The position numbers and the translations under genes were made by a program. Positions 25,879-38,009 of a DNA stretch of 64,000 nt are shown here, one piece after another. Source of the stretch: Octopus vulgaris (taxonomy: Eukaryota); assembly GCA_951406725.2 (NCBI GenBank), contig OX597817.1, positions 136,400,001 through 136,464,000 on the forward strand, in the 5' to 3' direction. The notes below the pieces were generated by a model, which saw only the letters and a list, made by a program, of their open reading frames with translations, was not told where the DNA came from and did not search any database. Every line of letters starts with the position of its first letter. Positions within the stretch are counted from its first letter, which is position 1.

Positions 25879-26896
25879 GTTATACATGTATGTTTATGAA
25901 TATACGTATTTGTATGTATATGCATATCTGCATGTTTATGTATGATGTGATTAAGAAATTCCCTTCCCAACATTGATTTCAGGTTCACACTCACATCATG
26001 GCACTTTAAGTATTATCTTCTATATTCCAAAACCAAGAAAGGCTTTGAGACTGGATTTAATTAACAAAAAATAAATGAATAAAGAAATAAAGGATTCCAT
26101 TGTATGTATCTATAAACTTGCGTGGCAGACATATAAACATAATGAATGAATTTATCCACCAGATTGAAAACATGATGAACAGCATTAATCAACTTTTGAC
26201 ACTTGTAGTGATCTCATCAAAGGTATCTTCAGCACTTTTACCAATCCCCGAAAATGGAGCACCCAATCTTTTATATAGTACTGGAGCTACTATTTTGCAT
26301 AGCTGAAGAGTTTAGCACTTTATATAATATGAGCAGCTTGTCATCGGGGATGTCAGTTCACAAGTCTCTTTACAGCATGTGACAGTTGTAGATGAGTACC
26401 ACTAACATAGAAGCGGCTTCATTTGTTTCCAGTCATTCATAAAACACGTCTGGCAATGAAGAAATATTACTGTGCTTGGAAACTGGTGAGGGTTGGTGAT
26501 AGGAAGGGTAGCTAATCACAGAAAATATCCCTCAGTGAACTTCATCTGACCTATGGCATTATGAAATGATGAATGAAAAAATGAGTTTGATATTACACAC
26601 ACACACACACAAGCATGCATGTACAAAGTAGGAATACATGCACTCAGTACACAACAATTTTACCATTCAGGTTTCAGCTCATATTAGTAATCACATTCAA
26701 CTTCCACCATTGCATGATCACACAGGGTTCTGTGTGGTCCGAGAAGAGCCAGAAACAAATATAAAGAGCACATCAACAATAAGAGAAAAGAACATGGACT
26801 TGAACTTGATATACTCACACAAACACACACACAAGGAAGAATATAAATGCAGAATAAGGTGGAAAAAATACTACTTGAATACTGAAGGTAGAGTAA

Positions 26897-27080
26897 TATG
26901 CTTTTTTATTAAGGCTGCAAAAATATTACAAAAACTGATACTCAGTTTCACATTCCCTTTCATTGGCCAGTTGTGATCAAGATTCTTGATCACAACTGCC
27001 TGATGAATGGGAATGTGAAATTATGAGTAGTGTTTTTTTTTTTGTAATGTTTTTACACCTTTAATAAAAAGAAGTGTATA
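26897..27080. repeat. Foldback palindrome, ~85 bp arms
   Basis: Centre CAGTTGTGATCAAGA-T-TCTTGATCACAACTG; arms extend through TTTCACATTCCC/GGGAATGTGAAA to TTTTATTAA/TTAATAAAA. Confidence 0.9.
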
Positions 27081-27096
27081 CACACACACGCATATA

Positions 27097-27964
27097 TACA
27101 CAGTGTGCAGTGAATAAACTGTCATTTAAATTATGCAAAAATGAAAATAACACTGACATCTCATTTTAGCAGATATATTTACCAAAATTACATAAAAATA
27201 TCTTTAAATATTAAAGAGTAAATATATTCAATAAAATTACTATTGGCTTCAACCATGGCCTCCTGACAATTCGGAATCTCCTGCAACTCTTCTGGATGGT
27301 CTCCTTGTGTAAGTTGGTGAATGCTGCCATAATCCTTGCCTTCAGTTTCATCTTTGGTGTTACAAAGAATTTTCTCTGTTTCTCGTTCAACTGAGTCCCA
27401 CTCATAATAATCAAGGAGGTTGCAGTCTGGGGATTTAGGTGGCCAGATATTAGGGATGATGTGGTCACAGAAATTGTCTGACAGCTATAACTGGGTTCTC
27501 TTGCTTGTGTGGCATTGTACAGAGTCCTGTCGCCAGACATAGGGTCTTCCAGCAGCCACCCTCTTGACCCAGGGCAGCACTACATCCTCCAGGCACTTGA
27601 TGTAGGCCTCCATGTTGAGTCTAAGGCTGAATGGCGGCATAACATCTGCATCACTAGTGATCACTCCAAACACCTTGATGTTGATTGGATGTTTGACTTT
27701 TATCACTCTCAGTATATGTCCTCAGATTGACATCCAAACACTCTGAAATGTTCATAGTGGTGCTTCCAGCATGAATGCTAAGTAGTACAAGCATGTTGTC
27801 CCCAAATTTCTGGCAGAGTGTTTTGCATCATGGTGCCGTTTTTCTCATAGATAGTGCCCAACTGACCCTACTGTACTGTGTAGTCAACAAAATCAAAAAC
27901 AAACAATGCACATATGCGAAATAAAACATTTAAAATGGCAACAATTTACTTATCACACCCTGTG
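27097..27964 (-). mobile_element. Internally deleted Tc1/mariner DD37D (maT-type) transposon
   Basis: VFGVITSD..YVWRQDSVQCHTSKRTQL*LSDNFCDHIIPNIWPPKSPDCNLLDY gives 37 residues between the second and third Asp; degenerate TIRs ACAGTGTG.. / ..CACCCTGT. Confidence 0.88.
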
Positions 27965-28466
27965 TCGCCTAACCACGAGTGTGTTCTCAAGAAAAATTTC
28001 AGCGAAACGCCAGAATGTAGAAATTTTTCTTGATAATACACTCTTCTTGGTAAGGTGATTTAACATCTGTCTTAAGCATATTAGGAGTTCACTTTGGTGG
28101 TTATTCCTCTTAATTTGTATGTATGTATAATTTCAAATCTTCAGATTTCTTAAATATGCTAAGCCACTGGTTTTAATTGATCAATATCAATTTCTACCCC
28201 CATTATTTAATTTTATATATATATATATATATATAAATATTTCACACACCCTACTCTAACGAATCAAACTACATCTCTTTGTCACATTTTCTCTTTGATG
28301 CACTTTGCTTATCTCTCGCTCCCCAATCCTGTCCTCTCTGCCCTGCTCACTGTATCATTGCTATCTCTGTTGTCCCCTCTATATACCCAGGTTTTCACCT
28401 ATAGCCTCGGGTCGACCAAAGCCTTGAGTGGATTAGGTAGATCGAAACTGAAAGAAGCCTGTCTTA

Positions 28467-28517
<51 letters not shown>

Positions 28518-28526
<9 letters not shown>

Positions 28527-29287
28527 TAAGAGAATGGTCACTATGTGGCTCATTCTAGCACTAGAAAATCCAAAAGGTTTCAACCACAAAAATACATGTT
28601 TCCCATGAAAGTCAGTACGATTGTTAGCTCACACGAACAGGGCAAATAAAAAATAACAAAAATACAGATTATTTTGGGACAATTGTTTCGCTATTAAATA
28701 ATTAAATGTAATTTTACTTACAAAAAACCCACTTGTAGCTCCTCAGCCAAAACTATCTGGATGAAATCCACTCAATCACACGCCAGATTTTACCATAGCG
28801 ATAAATACACGTGTGGTTCAATTGATTACATCCGACGTTATAATTCAAATGCCCCTACCAACAGCGCGCCAAACTTTCACGGAAACAAATACTACATTTA
28901 GAAATAAATGTTGCATAATTATAATTAATTAATAAGGGTGAGAGAATTAGATACTAATTTAATAGTATATCTATTCAACACCAAGTGGCCCAGTGCCTCA
29001 AGAAACCTGGATTATTATAATATTTTATAATATATTATAATATTAATCGTACTGACTTTCATGGGAAACATGTATTTTTGTGGTTGAAACCTTTTGGATT
29101 TTCTAGTGCTAGAATGAGCCACATAGTGACCATTCTCTTATATTTATTTTTGTATAAAATATTATAATATAATATATTATAAAATATTATAATAATCCAG
29201 GTTTCTTGAGGCACTGGGCCACTTGGTGTTGAATAGATATACTATTAAATTAGTATCTAATTCTCTCACCCTTATTAATTAATTATA
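28518..29287 (-). mobile_element. Non-coding PLE-type/retrozyme-like element with interleaved inverted duplications
   Basis: 28518-28622 is the reverse complement of 29045-29149; 28920-29039 is the reverse complement of 29168-29287. Contains an HHR and is flanked by (TA)n. Confidence 0.8.
28665..28759 (-). ncRNA. Type I hammerhead ribozyme with intact core
   Basis: Minus strand: CAGATAGTTTTGG-CTGAGGA-GCTA-(42 nt loop)-TAGC-GAA-AC-AATT-GT-C|CCAAAATAATCTG. Stems I, II and a minimal palindromic stem III are present; predicted cleavage after 28678. Confidence 0.85.
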
Positions 29288-29684
29288 TATATATATATAT
29301 ATAGTTATATATACAAGTACGTGTGTATATGTTTGTGTGTCTGTGTTTGTCCCCCCCAACATCTCTTGACAACCAATGCTGGTGTGTTTATGTCCCTGTA
29401 ATTTAGTGGTTCGGCAAAAGAGACCAATAGAGTAAGTACTAGGCTTACAAAGAATAAGTCCTGGGGTCGATTTGCTCGACTAAAGGCGGTACTCCAGCAT
29501 GGCCACAGCCAAGTGACTGAAACAAGTAAAAGAGAGTAAAGAGTATACATGAATATACACACACACACACAAGTGTATGTACCCACACACAGACGTACAC
29601 ACACACACACACACACACATATACACTTGAAATACATGTGGGTAAGTTTGTACAGAAAATATTGTTGAATTGTCTCTTTTACAG

Positions 29685-29800
29685 ATGAGAGCTAATTTTG
29701 TTTTTAGAAAGTTTATTCTTTACAATGTATTGCTATAGCCACTCCCATACATGCCGCCGCCTTCATTCTCCTCATACATAAAAAGCAGTGGCTGAGAAGT
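29685..29800 (+). other. Candidate non-coding internal exon
   Basis: Acceptor TGTCTCTTTTACAG|, donor GTG|GTAAGT, non-repeat sequence, stops in all three frames. Confidence 0.35.
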
Positions 29801-31134
29801 GGTAAGTAAAGCCACACTTGAAGAACTCTGCTGCCGTAACTTAGTAGAACTACTTAGTGCGGAAGTATGTGTTCTGTTAGCATGTTTTAAGTACAAATGT
29901 AGGTTTGTGCAGTTTATTGGAAACATTATAAATATCATCATCATATGGTAAGAATATGTTAAACCATAACTTCCCCTAACTAACAACACTCACAAACACA
30001 CACATCCTCTCATGTTTTACAGTCTCTCTCTTCTGTCATACTTTATTCCTGTTTCTTAACTACAATATTCTTCCCTGCTTTCATTGTTTTGCCTGCTTTG
30101 TCCCTTTCTCATTCTTTTTTTTTCCTGTCTCCTCTCTACTAGTCAGACATTCTGTCCCTCTCTCTCTCTTTGCCACCACCTCTAATTCCCCATCTCCCTG
30201 TCTCTGTCCATTTTATCCCATCCTCTCTCTGCTGCTGGAAGTGATCATGTTCTATTTTATTTCTCCCCTTTAACTATATCATATCCAACTGACCAATTCA
30301 CACACTTTCTTCATTATATTTTTGCTGGCCTTTTTTCTGTTTCTTTTTTTTTTTTGTTTTTATCCTCCTTAATTACACACTCCTTACTTTGCTCATGTCT
30401 TCAGATTTATTACAGAGTTTGTTCAGCTGCTGTTCTGTAACACAGGGCTAATGTAACTCTTAAAAGTAGTGCTCTGTGTTATAAATCATTCAAGAGGAGA
30501 TACAGTTACTCTATTAAGTTTATATTGTTGTTACATAGCCAAGAAGATAGTGATTACTGATTGAGTGGACTTATGGCACAACAAGCCAATCCAGTCATGA
30601 CCATCTCAGCTTTTTATTTTTCAGGTTGAATATATTTAGGACTATTATTATCCAATGTACCCATACATTTTTAAAATATTAGTGTGTGGTTTGAGAGTGA
30701 TCTGTCTGATTTTTCTAGCACTTTTACTTGCCTTGTGACCTCTAGTTATTTTGTTTTCCCAATACCCAAGACATATCGCGTGTGTGTGTGTGTGTGTGTG
30801 TGTATGTTATTAATATCATTATTACATCACTGAACAGTAGGTTTTTGTATTCCCTTGTATCCTAACACTGTTATTAAACATCTACTAATTCCCCTTTGCC
30901 TTCAAAAACCTTTTTGCGTCCCTCCCCCACACCGTAGGAACATTATATGAGAAAGGTATGAACCATAATTACAGCTGACCTGTCAGTATAATTTATTTTT
31001 ATTAATGGACTCTATGTCTCAATCACCAGAACTATTTCTATAAATGGTATTTGGCAATTTCTTAGAACAATTTGTTTTCTATTTTCTTCCCTTAATTTTT
31101 CTTTTTCCTACTTCTGCATATTAGTATTTTTATG

Positions 31135-31402
31135 TCTAATATCCATTTTCCATGCTGGCATGAGTTGGACAGTTTGACTGATGACTGGCAAGCCAGGAGG
31201 CTGCACCAGTCTCCAATCTGTTGTGGCAAGGTTTATACAGCTGGATGCCCTTCCTAACACCCAACACTCTGAGAGTGTAGTGGGTGCTTTTTATGTTCCA
31301 TTGGCATGGAGGCCAGTCAAGCAGCACTGGAAATGACCATGCTCAAATGGTGCTTTTTGCATGCCACCAGCATGGGAATCAGTCAGGCAGCACTGGCATC
31401 GA
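31135..31402 (-). mobile_element. Family A element
   Basis: Diagnostic stem-loop, GGATGCCCTTCCTAAC and tandem units. Confidence 0.88.
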
Positions 31403-32164
31403 GGAATCAAATTCCAGCATAGTCTGATTTTCACATTTCATTTTCATATTTTTACATTTTTACAATATTTTACATATTAAATATTACAAGTACCTTCATG
31501 ATTTATAAAAACCTTCAGAAAATATTTATGTAGCAGCATAATGTGCTTGACATCTGTAATGAAATGGCTGCATTTTTCCCTTTCTTGTTAGTTAAAATGA
31601 TTTTATGAATAAGTGCTGTTAATGCTGGCTGTGTTACCAGCTTCATCAAACGATGATAACTGCTGATAGGTTAAAATGTTCGTAAGCTTCATTGTGCTGT
31701 TAGGTGTTTAAAAGAAAAATTCAGTCCTTTCACTACAGTTGTCAAATGTGAAGCATATCGTTAATACTGCTGCTACTAAATATGCATTCACCTGAAGATT
31801 GATATGAAACTTGAATGTACTTGTAATATTGTAAAGTTGTAAAAGTATAAAACTGAAATGGGAAAATTTGATTATGTTGGAATTTGATTGACTTGTGAGT
31901 ATGTGTGTCAGTATTGAGATTTGCACTCATAAATGATAACTTAAGAGTTGGAACAAGAAGGGCATTTAGATATAAAATATAGTCAGAAAAACCCATCCAA
32001 CCTCTGCTAGCATGGAAGAGTGTAAATAAAGCAATAATGGTGAATGATATGCATGTATCTGTGTGTTAACTACATGGTTTCAGGTTCAGTCCCACTGAGT
32101 GGCACCTTGGGCAATTTTTCTACTCTAGCCTCGGGCCAACCAAAGCCTTGTGAGTGGATATACA

Positions 32165-32965
32165 CACAACACTTATGTTTCACCAGTCACTGCATTCCCC
32201 ACACCCACATTCTTTGCATCCATATGAAGTATCTCCTCCCTACTCCTGCACCTTTCACAATACCCTACCATTTATATTATGATCTCTGTACTCTGAGGGT
32301 ATGCCTGGGCACTTACCACAATCTATCTCTTTCTTGCTCTACCCTCCATTCCCTTTTATATTCTGATCCCTGTTCTTTGTGATTATGCCCTGGCACTTTT
32401 CCACCATTCTCTCTCCTGCTCTCTCTTGACTCTTGCTTTCTTCCATTCTCTCTCTCTTTCTTTTGCTCTTCCCTCTGGCTGGGTAACCAGATATCTCCAC
32501 TCCAGCAACACACCTGTTGCTGTTCTCATTTGTGATCTCTCTCACCAAGTAACCATGTACCTGCTCTACAGCAAAACACCTCTCTCTCTCTCTCTCTGTC
32601 ACACTATAACCATTTGTCATCGGGCACAAGATCACCTCCTCCAATGCCCCCTCCTCTCTCAAAGAATCTTTGCCTTGCAAGTTAGTTGGTGACCTTGCAA
32701 GTGTGCTGATACCATGTAAAAAGCATCTGGTACACACTGTAAAGTGGTTGGCATTTGGAAGGGCATCTAGCTGTAAAAACCATACCAAAACTAACCTTGT
32801 AAAATGTACTCAGACCACTCTTTGGGGTAGTTGGTTTTAGGAAGGGTATCCAGCCATAAAAATCATGCCAAAACAGACCCCGAAGCCTGGTGCAGTCTTC
32901 TGCCTGGCTAGCTCCTGTAAACCGTCCAACCCATGCCAGCATGGTAAGTGGTGATGATGATGATG
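32165..32965 (+). mobile_element. Long RTE-type 3' UTR piece: pyrimidine-rich spacer, doubled GGGCATC block, (GAT)n tail
   Basis: Shares CAAGATCACCTCCTCCAATG..CTTGCAAGT with the reverse complements at 57.5-58.3, 59.7-60.0 and 62.4-63.0 kb. Confidence 0.75.
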
Positions 32966-32986
32966 CTTTGTATATCATATATACAT

Positions 32987-33150
32987 AGGCGCAGCATGGC
33001 TGTGTGGTAAGAAGCTTCTTTCCCAACCACATGATTCTGGGTTCAGTCCCACTGCATGGCACCATGGCAAGTGTCTTCTACTACAGCCTTAGGCTGACCA
33101 AAGCCTTGTGAGTGGATTTGGTAGACGGAAACTGAAAGAAGCCTGTTGTA
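32987..33150 (+). mobile_element. Family B head and CORE-like part
   Basis: GGCGCAGCATGGCTGTGTGGTAAG..GGTTCAGTCCC..GGCAAGTGTCTTC. Confidence 0.88.
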
Positions 33151-33411
33151 TTTCTTGATAATACTAAAACTCTAGGGATGTTTGTGTGTAACTGAAATAT
33201 GTCGGAAATAATATATTTTATCTTAATTTTTTTTTACATATTTATTTTCATACTTACCTTTGGCAGTGCAGTAGAAATTTTTGTGACATTTGGACCTCTA
33301 TTTAAACGATTAAACACAATTTTTGTTATTTCTTGATGAAAAAAATACATGGCTTCTGTGACATCAACACACATATGAATGTCATGGTGTATCAATCAAC
33401 ACAAACACCCG

Positions 33412-34126
33412 TCTACTATATGTGACATACACACACATAGTCTTTGCGCTCTTTGAAAAAAAAAAAGTCGACTTTTTGATGTACATAATATTATAATCAT
33501 TTAGAAATATTCTTAACTAAATGTGATTTCATCATCCAGAGTTTGTTAATTTCCGTAAAAATTTATTTATTTCCTTCAGTTTTAAAGTGAAAGAAAGAAG
33601 AAAGTGAAAGATGTATGTATGTGTATATGAAATGGGCACATGTGTGTGTGTAAGAGAGAGAGAGAGACAGAAAGTGAAGGTGTGTGTTGTCATGTATATG
33701 TGCATACATCAATACATATGCATACATCTTTTTTGTATGTACGTGTGCATGTGTGAGTGTGTTAGAGAGAGTGTGAGTGAATGAACGTGTATGTTCTCAT
33801 GTATGTGTAAGTGGCACACTCTCTTTCTTCCTCTCTCTCATGCACACACACATGTCCATTTCATATACACATTCATACATCTTTTGGTTTCTCCTCTCTT
33901 TTATTTTAAAACAAAAGTAACAGGTGATTTTCAGGATAAAAATTGTTAAAAAAAATGCTTCTACTTATGTAAATTGATTACTATTGTTTGGATAGTTCCA
34001 ATTAAATAAGTCCAGAAGTTAGGTTTTATATATATATACATGCATAAGTACTGTGACTTCCCATTCTACAAAATGGCAAACAATTCCGTGAATACTTTAC
34101 CGGGCAATTCTGGGTAGTAAGTCTAG
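33412..34126 (+). mobile_element. Non-autonomous Helitron-like element with internal inverted repeat
   Basis: 5' TCTACTATAT, 3' hairpin TACCGGGCAATTCTGGGTA followed by CTAG|T; internal arms at ~33580-33670 and 33820-33912. Confidence 0.55.
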
Positions 34127-34149
34127 TATATATATATATACATATATAT

Positions 34150-34370
34150 GTGTGTGTGTGTGTGTTTGTGTCTGTTTGTCTGCCCATCATCGCTTGACAA
34201 CTGATGTTGGTGTGTTTACATCCCTGTAACTTAACACTTTAGCAAAAGAAACCGATAGAACTAGGCTTACAAAAAATAAATCCTTGGGTTGATTTGTTTG
34301 ACTAAATGTGGTGCTCCAGTATGGCCAGGGTCAAATGACTGAAACCAGTAAGAGAAGAAAAATAAAAGAA
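34150..34370 (+). mobile_element. Family B 3' half
   Basis: CTTGACAACTGATGTTGGTGTG..GTGGTGCTCCAGTATGGCC..TGACTGAAAC. Confidence 0.85.
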
Positions 34371-35893
34371 TGTGTATATATTTGATATTCTTAGCTCCAT
34401 GAACATCTCCATGTCCTCATAATCATACCAACCATGACCATCTCATCTGTTTAGGTTTACTGCATTTCCCACTACATTTTCCAATGTATCCATCATTTTC
34501 ATAATACGGGTATCCATGATTTGGAAAAAGATTGGCTGCTCTTTCTAGCATGGCTCCTTGCTTATTCCCCCATTATCCTGTTGTAGTTAATGGGATTGTA
34601 GACTCTCTAACTTTAATCTAGTTTTTATTTCTATTCACTGAAATTTTAAAAATTTTCTCCTCTCTTGGTGTGTTCAGTTTCCCTCCTGCTCTCTCCTCCT
34701 TTCCCTCTTTCCTTCCTCTCATTTTATGTCCCCCTCCCTCTCTCCCACTGCTTTTACATTCACGTGCATATACCAACATTCACTTATTTCCATGTCACTG
34801 TTAACCTAAGGGTTATTGTTGTTTATTCAATTCTATTAGGGTGGTTGTTTTTCAACTGTAACAATTGTGTGTGTGTGTGTGTGTGTGTCCACTATATCAC
34901 CCAGTCTATATAATTTTATATAAATACTCTTAAAATATCTTTTCTCCTCTGCTACCCCTCCCCTCTCTTTTATTGGTTCATCTCTGTCGTCTTTTTTTGT
35001 TTGTTTCCTTCTTTTCATCTATTGTATTTTCTCTTTTGCTCTTTCACAGTGAAATCATGCTTATTCTAGTGCACCTTCCTTTACATACGAGTTTGCGTGT
35101 GTCACACAGTGTGTATAGTTTGATTTGGTTCATTTTACTGGGATGGGGTTGAGAGACAGGGGGAACTGTATGTAAATGTTAAGAAGATGATGGGTGGGCA
35201 ATTTGTATTGAACAGCCACAATAACACTATCAAAGTTTCACGAGGTCCAATGAATGGGGGTGAAAAAGCTGAAAATGTTTGTGGCTTGGTGAACGAGGCA
35301 CATGCTTAACACGTCTGGAGGATGGTTTTTCTTTTCGGTCTTTCGCCTTCATGTATTTTCTCTGACAGGCAACTCAGTGCAGGTGTGAGTATCCTCATTG
35401 TAACCTTCCTTTTTGCGTATGAATGCCCGATCTAGGTTTGGGTTGTTAGTGTTTCTCTTTGCAGTAACTTTCACTGTCTCTTCCCCCACTTCTTTAACTC
35501 TGTCCCTTTGTTACAATAATGCAAATAGTCAGAGATAGTACAGAAATTTCCCACAAACTTTCTTATGTGTAGCACACAGGAGACACATCAATAGACATCC
35601 ATGTTAGCCATATTATAGAGTTTATAGTAAATGTATGTTATACACCAAAATTAACCCATATCTGGGCCCCAAAATTCTTCTTGTTGCATGTTCAAACTGG
35701 CCAAATCCAGCTTCTCACACCTGCCTACTATGTCATTCTAAAAATAGTCATTTCATCGAAATCTCAAGGCCTCAAGATAATGCAGGCTCAATTCAAAGCT
35801 GTGTGTATGAATAAGCATTACGTTTGCCGGAGTAATTGAATACTAAAAGTTCTTTTTCTCTCTCTCTATCTTATGCTCAATCTATTGATGTAG

Positions 35894-35957
<64 letters not shown>

Positions 35958-36539
35958 CGTAAGATTTTGTTAATGGAATTGATTTGAAATTTATGATGAA
36001 TGATTTGGTGCAAAGACAGGACCACATTGTCAGGATCTGATATAAAAAAGAGAAGCAACTTGCCCCTCAGTTGAAATATTGATGAGAATCATTCTGTTGT
36101 TATCTAATGCCTACATATCTGACAAGAGGCATCACTTTAAACTACATGGATGCAAGTGACTCATACCCATGACATGCCAGCAGTCTCAAAGAAAGAGACT
36201 ACTGTTGGAAGATTATGATAGATGAATGTGAAATGTATATTCTAGAATGAACTGTGATCAAGAACATAGAAATAACTTATGCCAACATTAAAAGTCGTCC
36301 ATAGGAAAATCAGTGATAAAGCATCTGAACAATAAATGAATCTGATAACATCAGTTGACAATACAATGAAGTTTTGGTATGATTATGGTTAAAATTAACC
36401 AACTAGCATCTAAGCATGTGTTGGAAATATTCCTGTGTCAATTTTGCAGGTGGAGTGTTGGAAATTAAAAAAGTATATTAACAGATTATTGTGGAAAATG
36501 TTAACAAAAGAAATGATTGGATTCAGTATCTACTTTTAT

Positions 36540-36874
36540 CATTGTTTAGCGTTTGTTTTCCATGCTGGCATGGGTTTGATGGTTTGACTGGGGTCTGGAA
36601 AGCCAGAAGGCTGCACCAGGCACCAGTCTGATCTGGCAGTGTTTCTACAGCTGAAGGCCAACCACTCTGAGAGTGTAGTGGGTGCTTTTTACGTGCCACC
36701 GGCACAGGGGCCAGAGGAGGCTGGCATAGACCACAATTGAATGATGCTCTTTATGTGCCACCGGCACAGAAGCCAGTCAGGGCTGGCATCGACTATGTTT
36801 GGATGGTGCTTTTTTATGTGCCACTGGCACAGGGACCACAACTCCAATTTTGATTTCATTTTGATGCTCTAAAA
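36540..36874 (-). mobile_element. Family A element with 15 bp target-site duplication
   Basis: AGTATCTACTTTTAT at 36525-36539 and again at 36874-36888. Confidence 0.9.
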
Positions 36875-37922
36875 GTATCTACTTTTATACCAATCAGAAA
36901 TAAAATGTAACAATGGGGGTAAATGAAAACAAACACCACCACAATATAGTAGATATTTTCTGAAAGACCAACAGGAAGTGTGTCTTAATCTGACTAAAAT
37001 CTTATTCTTTTTGTATTTATGTTGGGAGGATGTGTCCATTTACGATACACAATAAGTCTTGCAGAAAAAGTGAAAATTCGTATCAACCTAGAGCATAGTA
37101 GCTCTTCCCTGCCACTCTACAGTGTTGTGTGTAGAAGACACTGTATTCTTCTGATGAATGTTCATTTACATTTATATTTCTTGTACTTATTTCAGTCACA
37201 TTGCACTGCAGCCATGCTGTGACACCTTCTTCAAAACTGTGTCAGTTCGTCATATCAACTGCAGTACTTATTTTAGTTTATTTAACATTTATTTTTTAAT
37301 GCTAGCAGGAGTTGAAAGGGAAGTTGATGTACAATATTTTGGACGAATGCACTTCCTGTTGCTAACACTTGCCTGTTTTTCAGCTAAGGGATTTTATTCC
37401 AGAGATCTTTGAAATATGTCAACATCATCATTATTTGCTCAAGCAGTAACAAAGACTATCAATATTTATCTGTAAACATGTGCACATATGCACCCCCCAC
37501 ACGCACACACATACTCTTATCAGTTTTTTTTGTCTGTTCTTTGTTGATGTAATTCAAATATATCTAACATCAAATAAGACGCAATTGTTTCTTCCTTTTT
37601 TTTAAAGAGTTTCTAACAGAAGTTTGATGGCAAGATGGCTTTCCTACTGACAATTCTCTTTATTTCTGATTAAAAGTAGAACTGCTGACCAAGGCTGACC
37701 ATACTAAACTAGGTCAGTGAGCTTATAGTCTGGTGAGCACTTGTCAGCTACACTTTTAGTAAAAGCCTCTTGCTGCCTTTCTTTTAAGAGGAAATGTCTG
37801 CCAAGTCTAGATCTTCTTGGTTCTTACATGGAGATAATTCCTCTATCATCTTGAGACTTGACTGACAGGAAATATTCACTTCCCACACTACATATCACCA
37901 TTATTTTATATATATATATATA

Positions 37923-37968
37923 GACAGTCCAATGAAGGCTTGCATGCCAAAACTTCAAAGTCGATGTC
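37923..37968 (+). ncRNA. Decayed type I hammerhead motif
   Basis: GACAGTC-CAATGAA-GGC ttgcat GCC-AAAACT tcaa AGTC-GATGTC: three stems are recognisable, the core is mutated. Confidence 0.55.
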
Positions 37969-38009
37969 GCCCCTCTTCTTGTAAAAATTTAATAAACATA
38001 TACTCAACT

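Larger units (their letters stand above)
28395..29545 (+). mobile_element. Family B SINE split by the hammerhead element
   Basis: 5' body at 28395-28470 and 3' body plus tail at 29320-29545; the internal (TA)n is interrupted by 28518-29287. Confidence 0.8.

Noticed and set aside
26190-26310. Minus-strand peptide LCKIVAPVLYKRLGAPFSGIGKSAEDTFDEITTSVKS*
   Set aside because: Not recognised and no partner exons; may be a transposon remnant.
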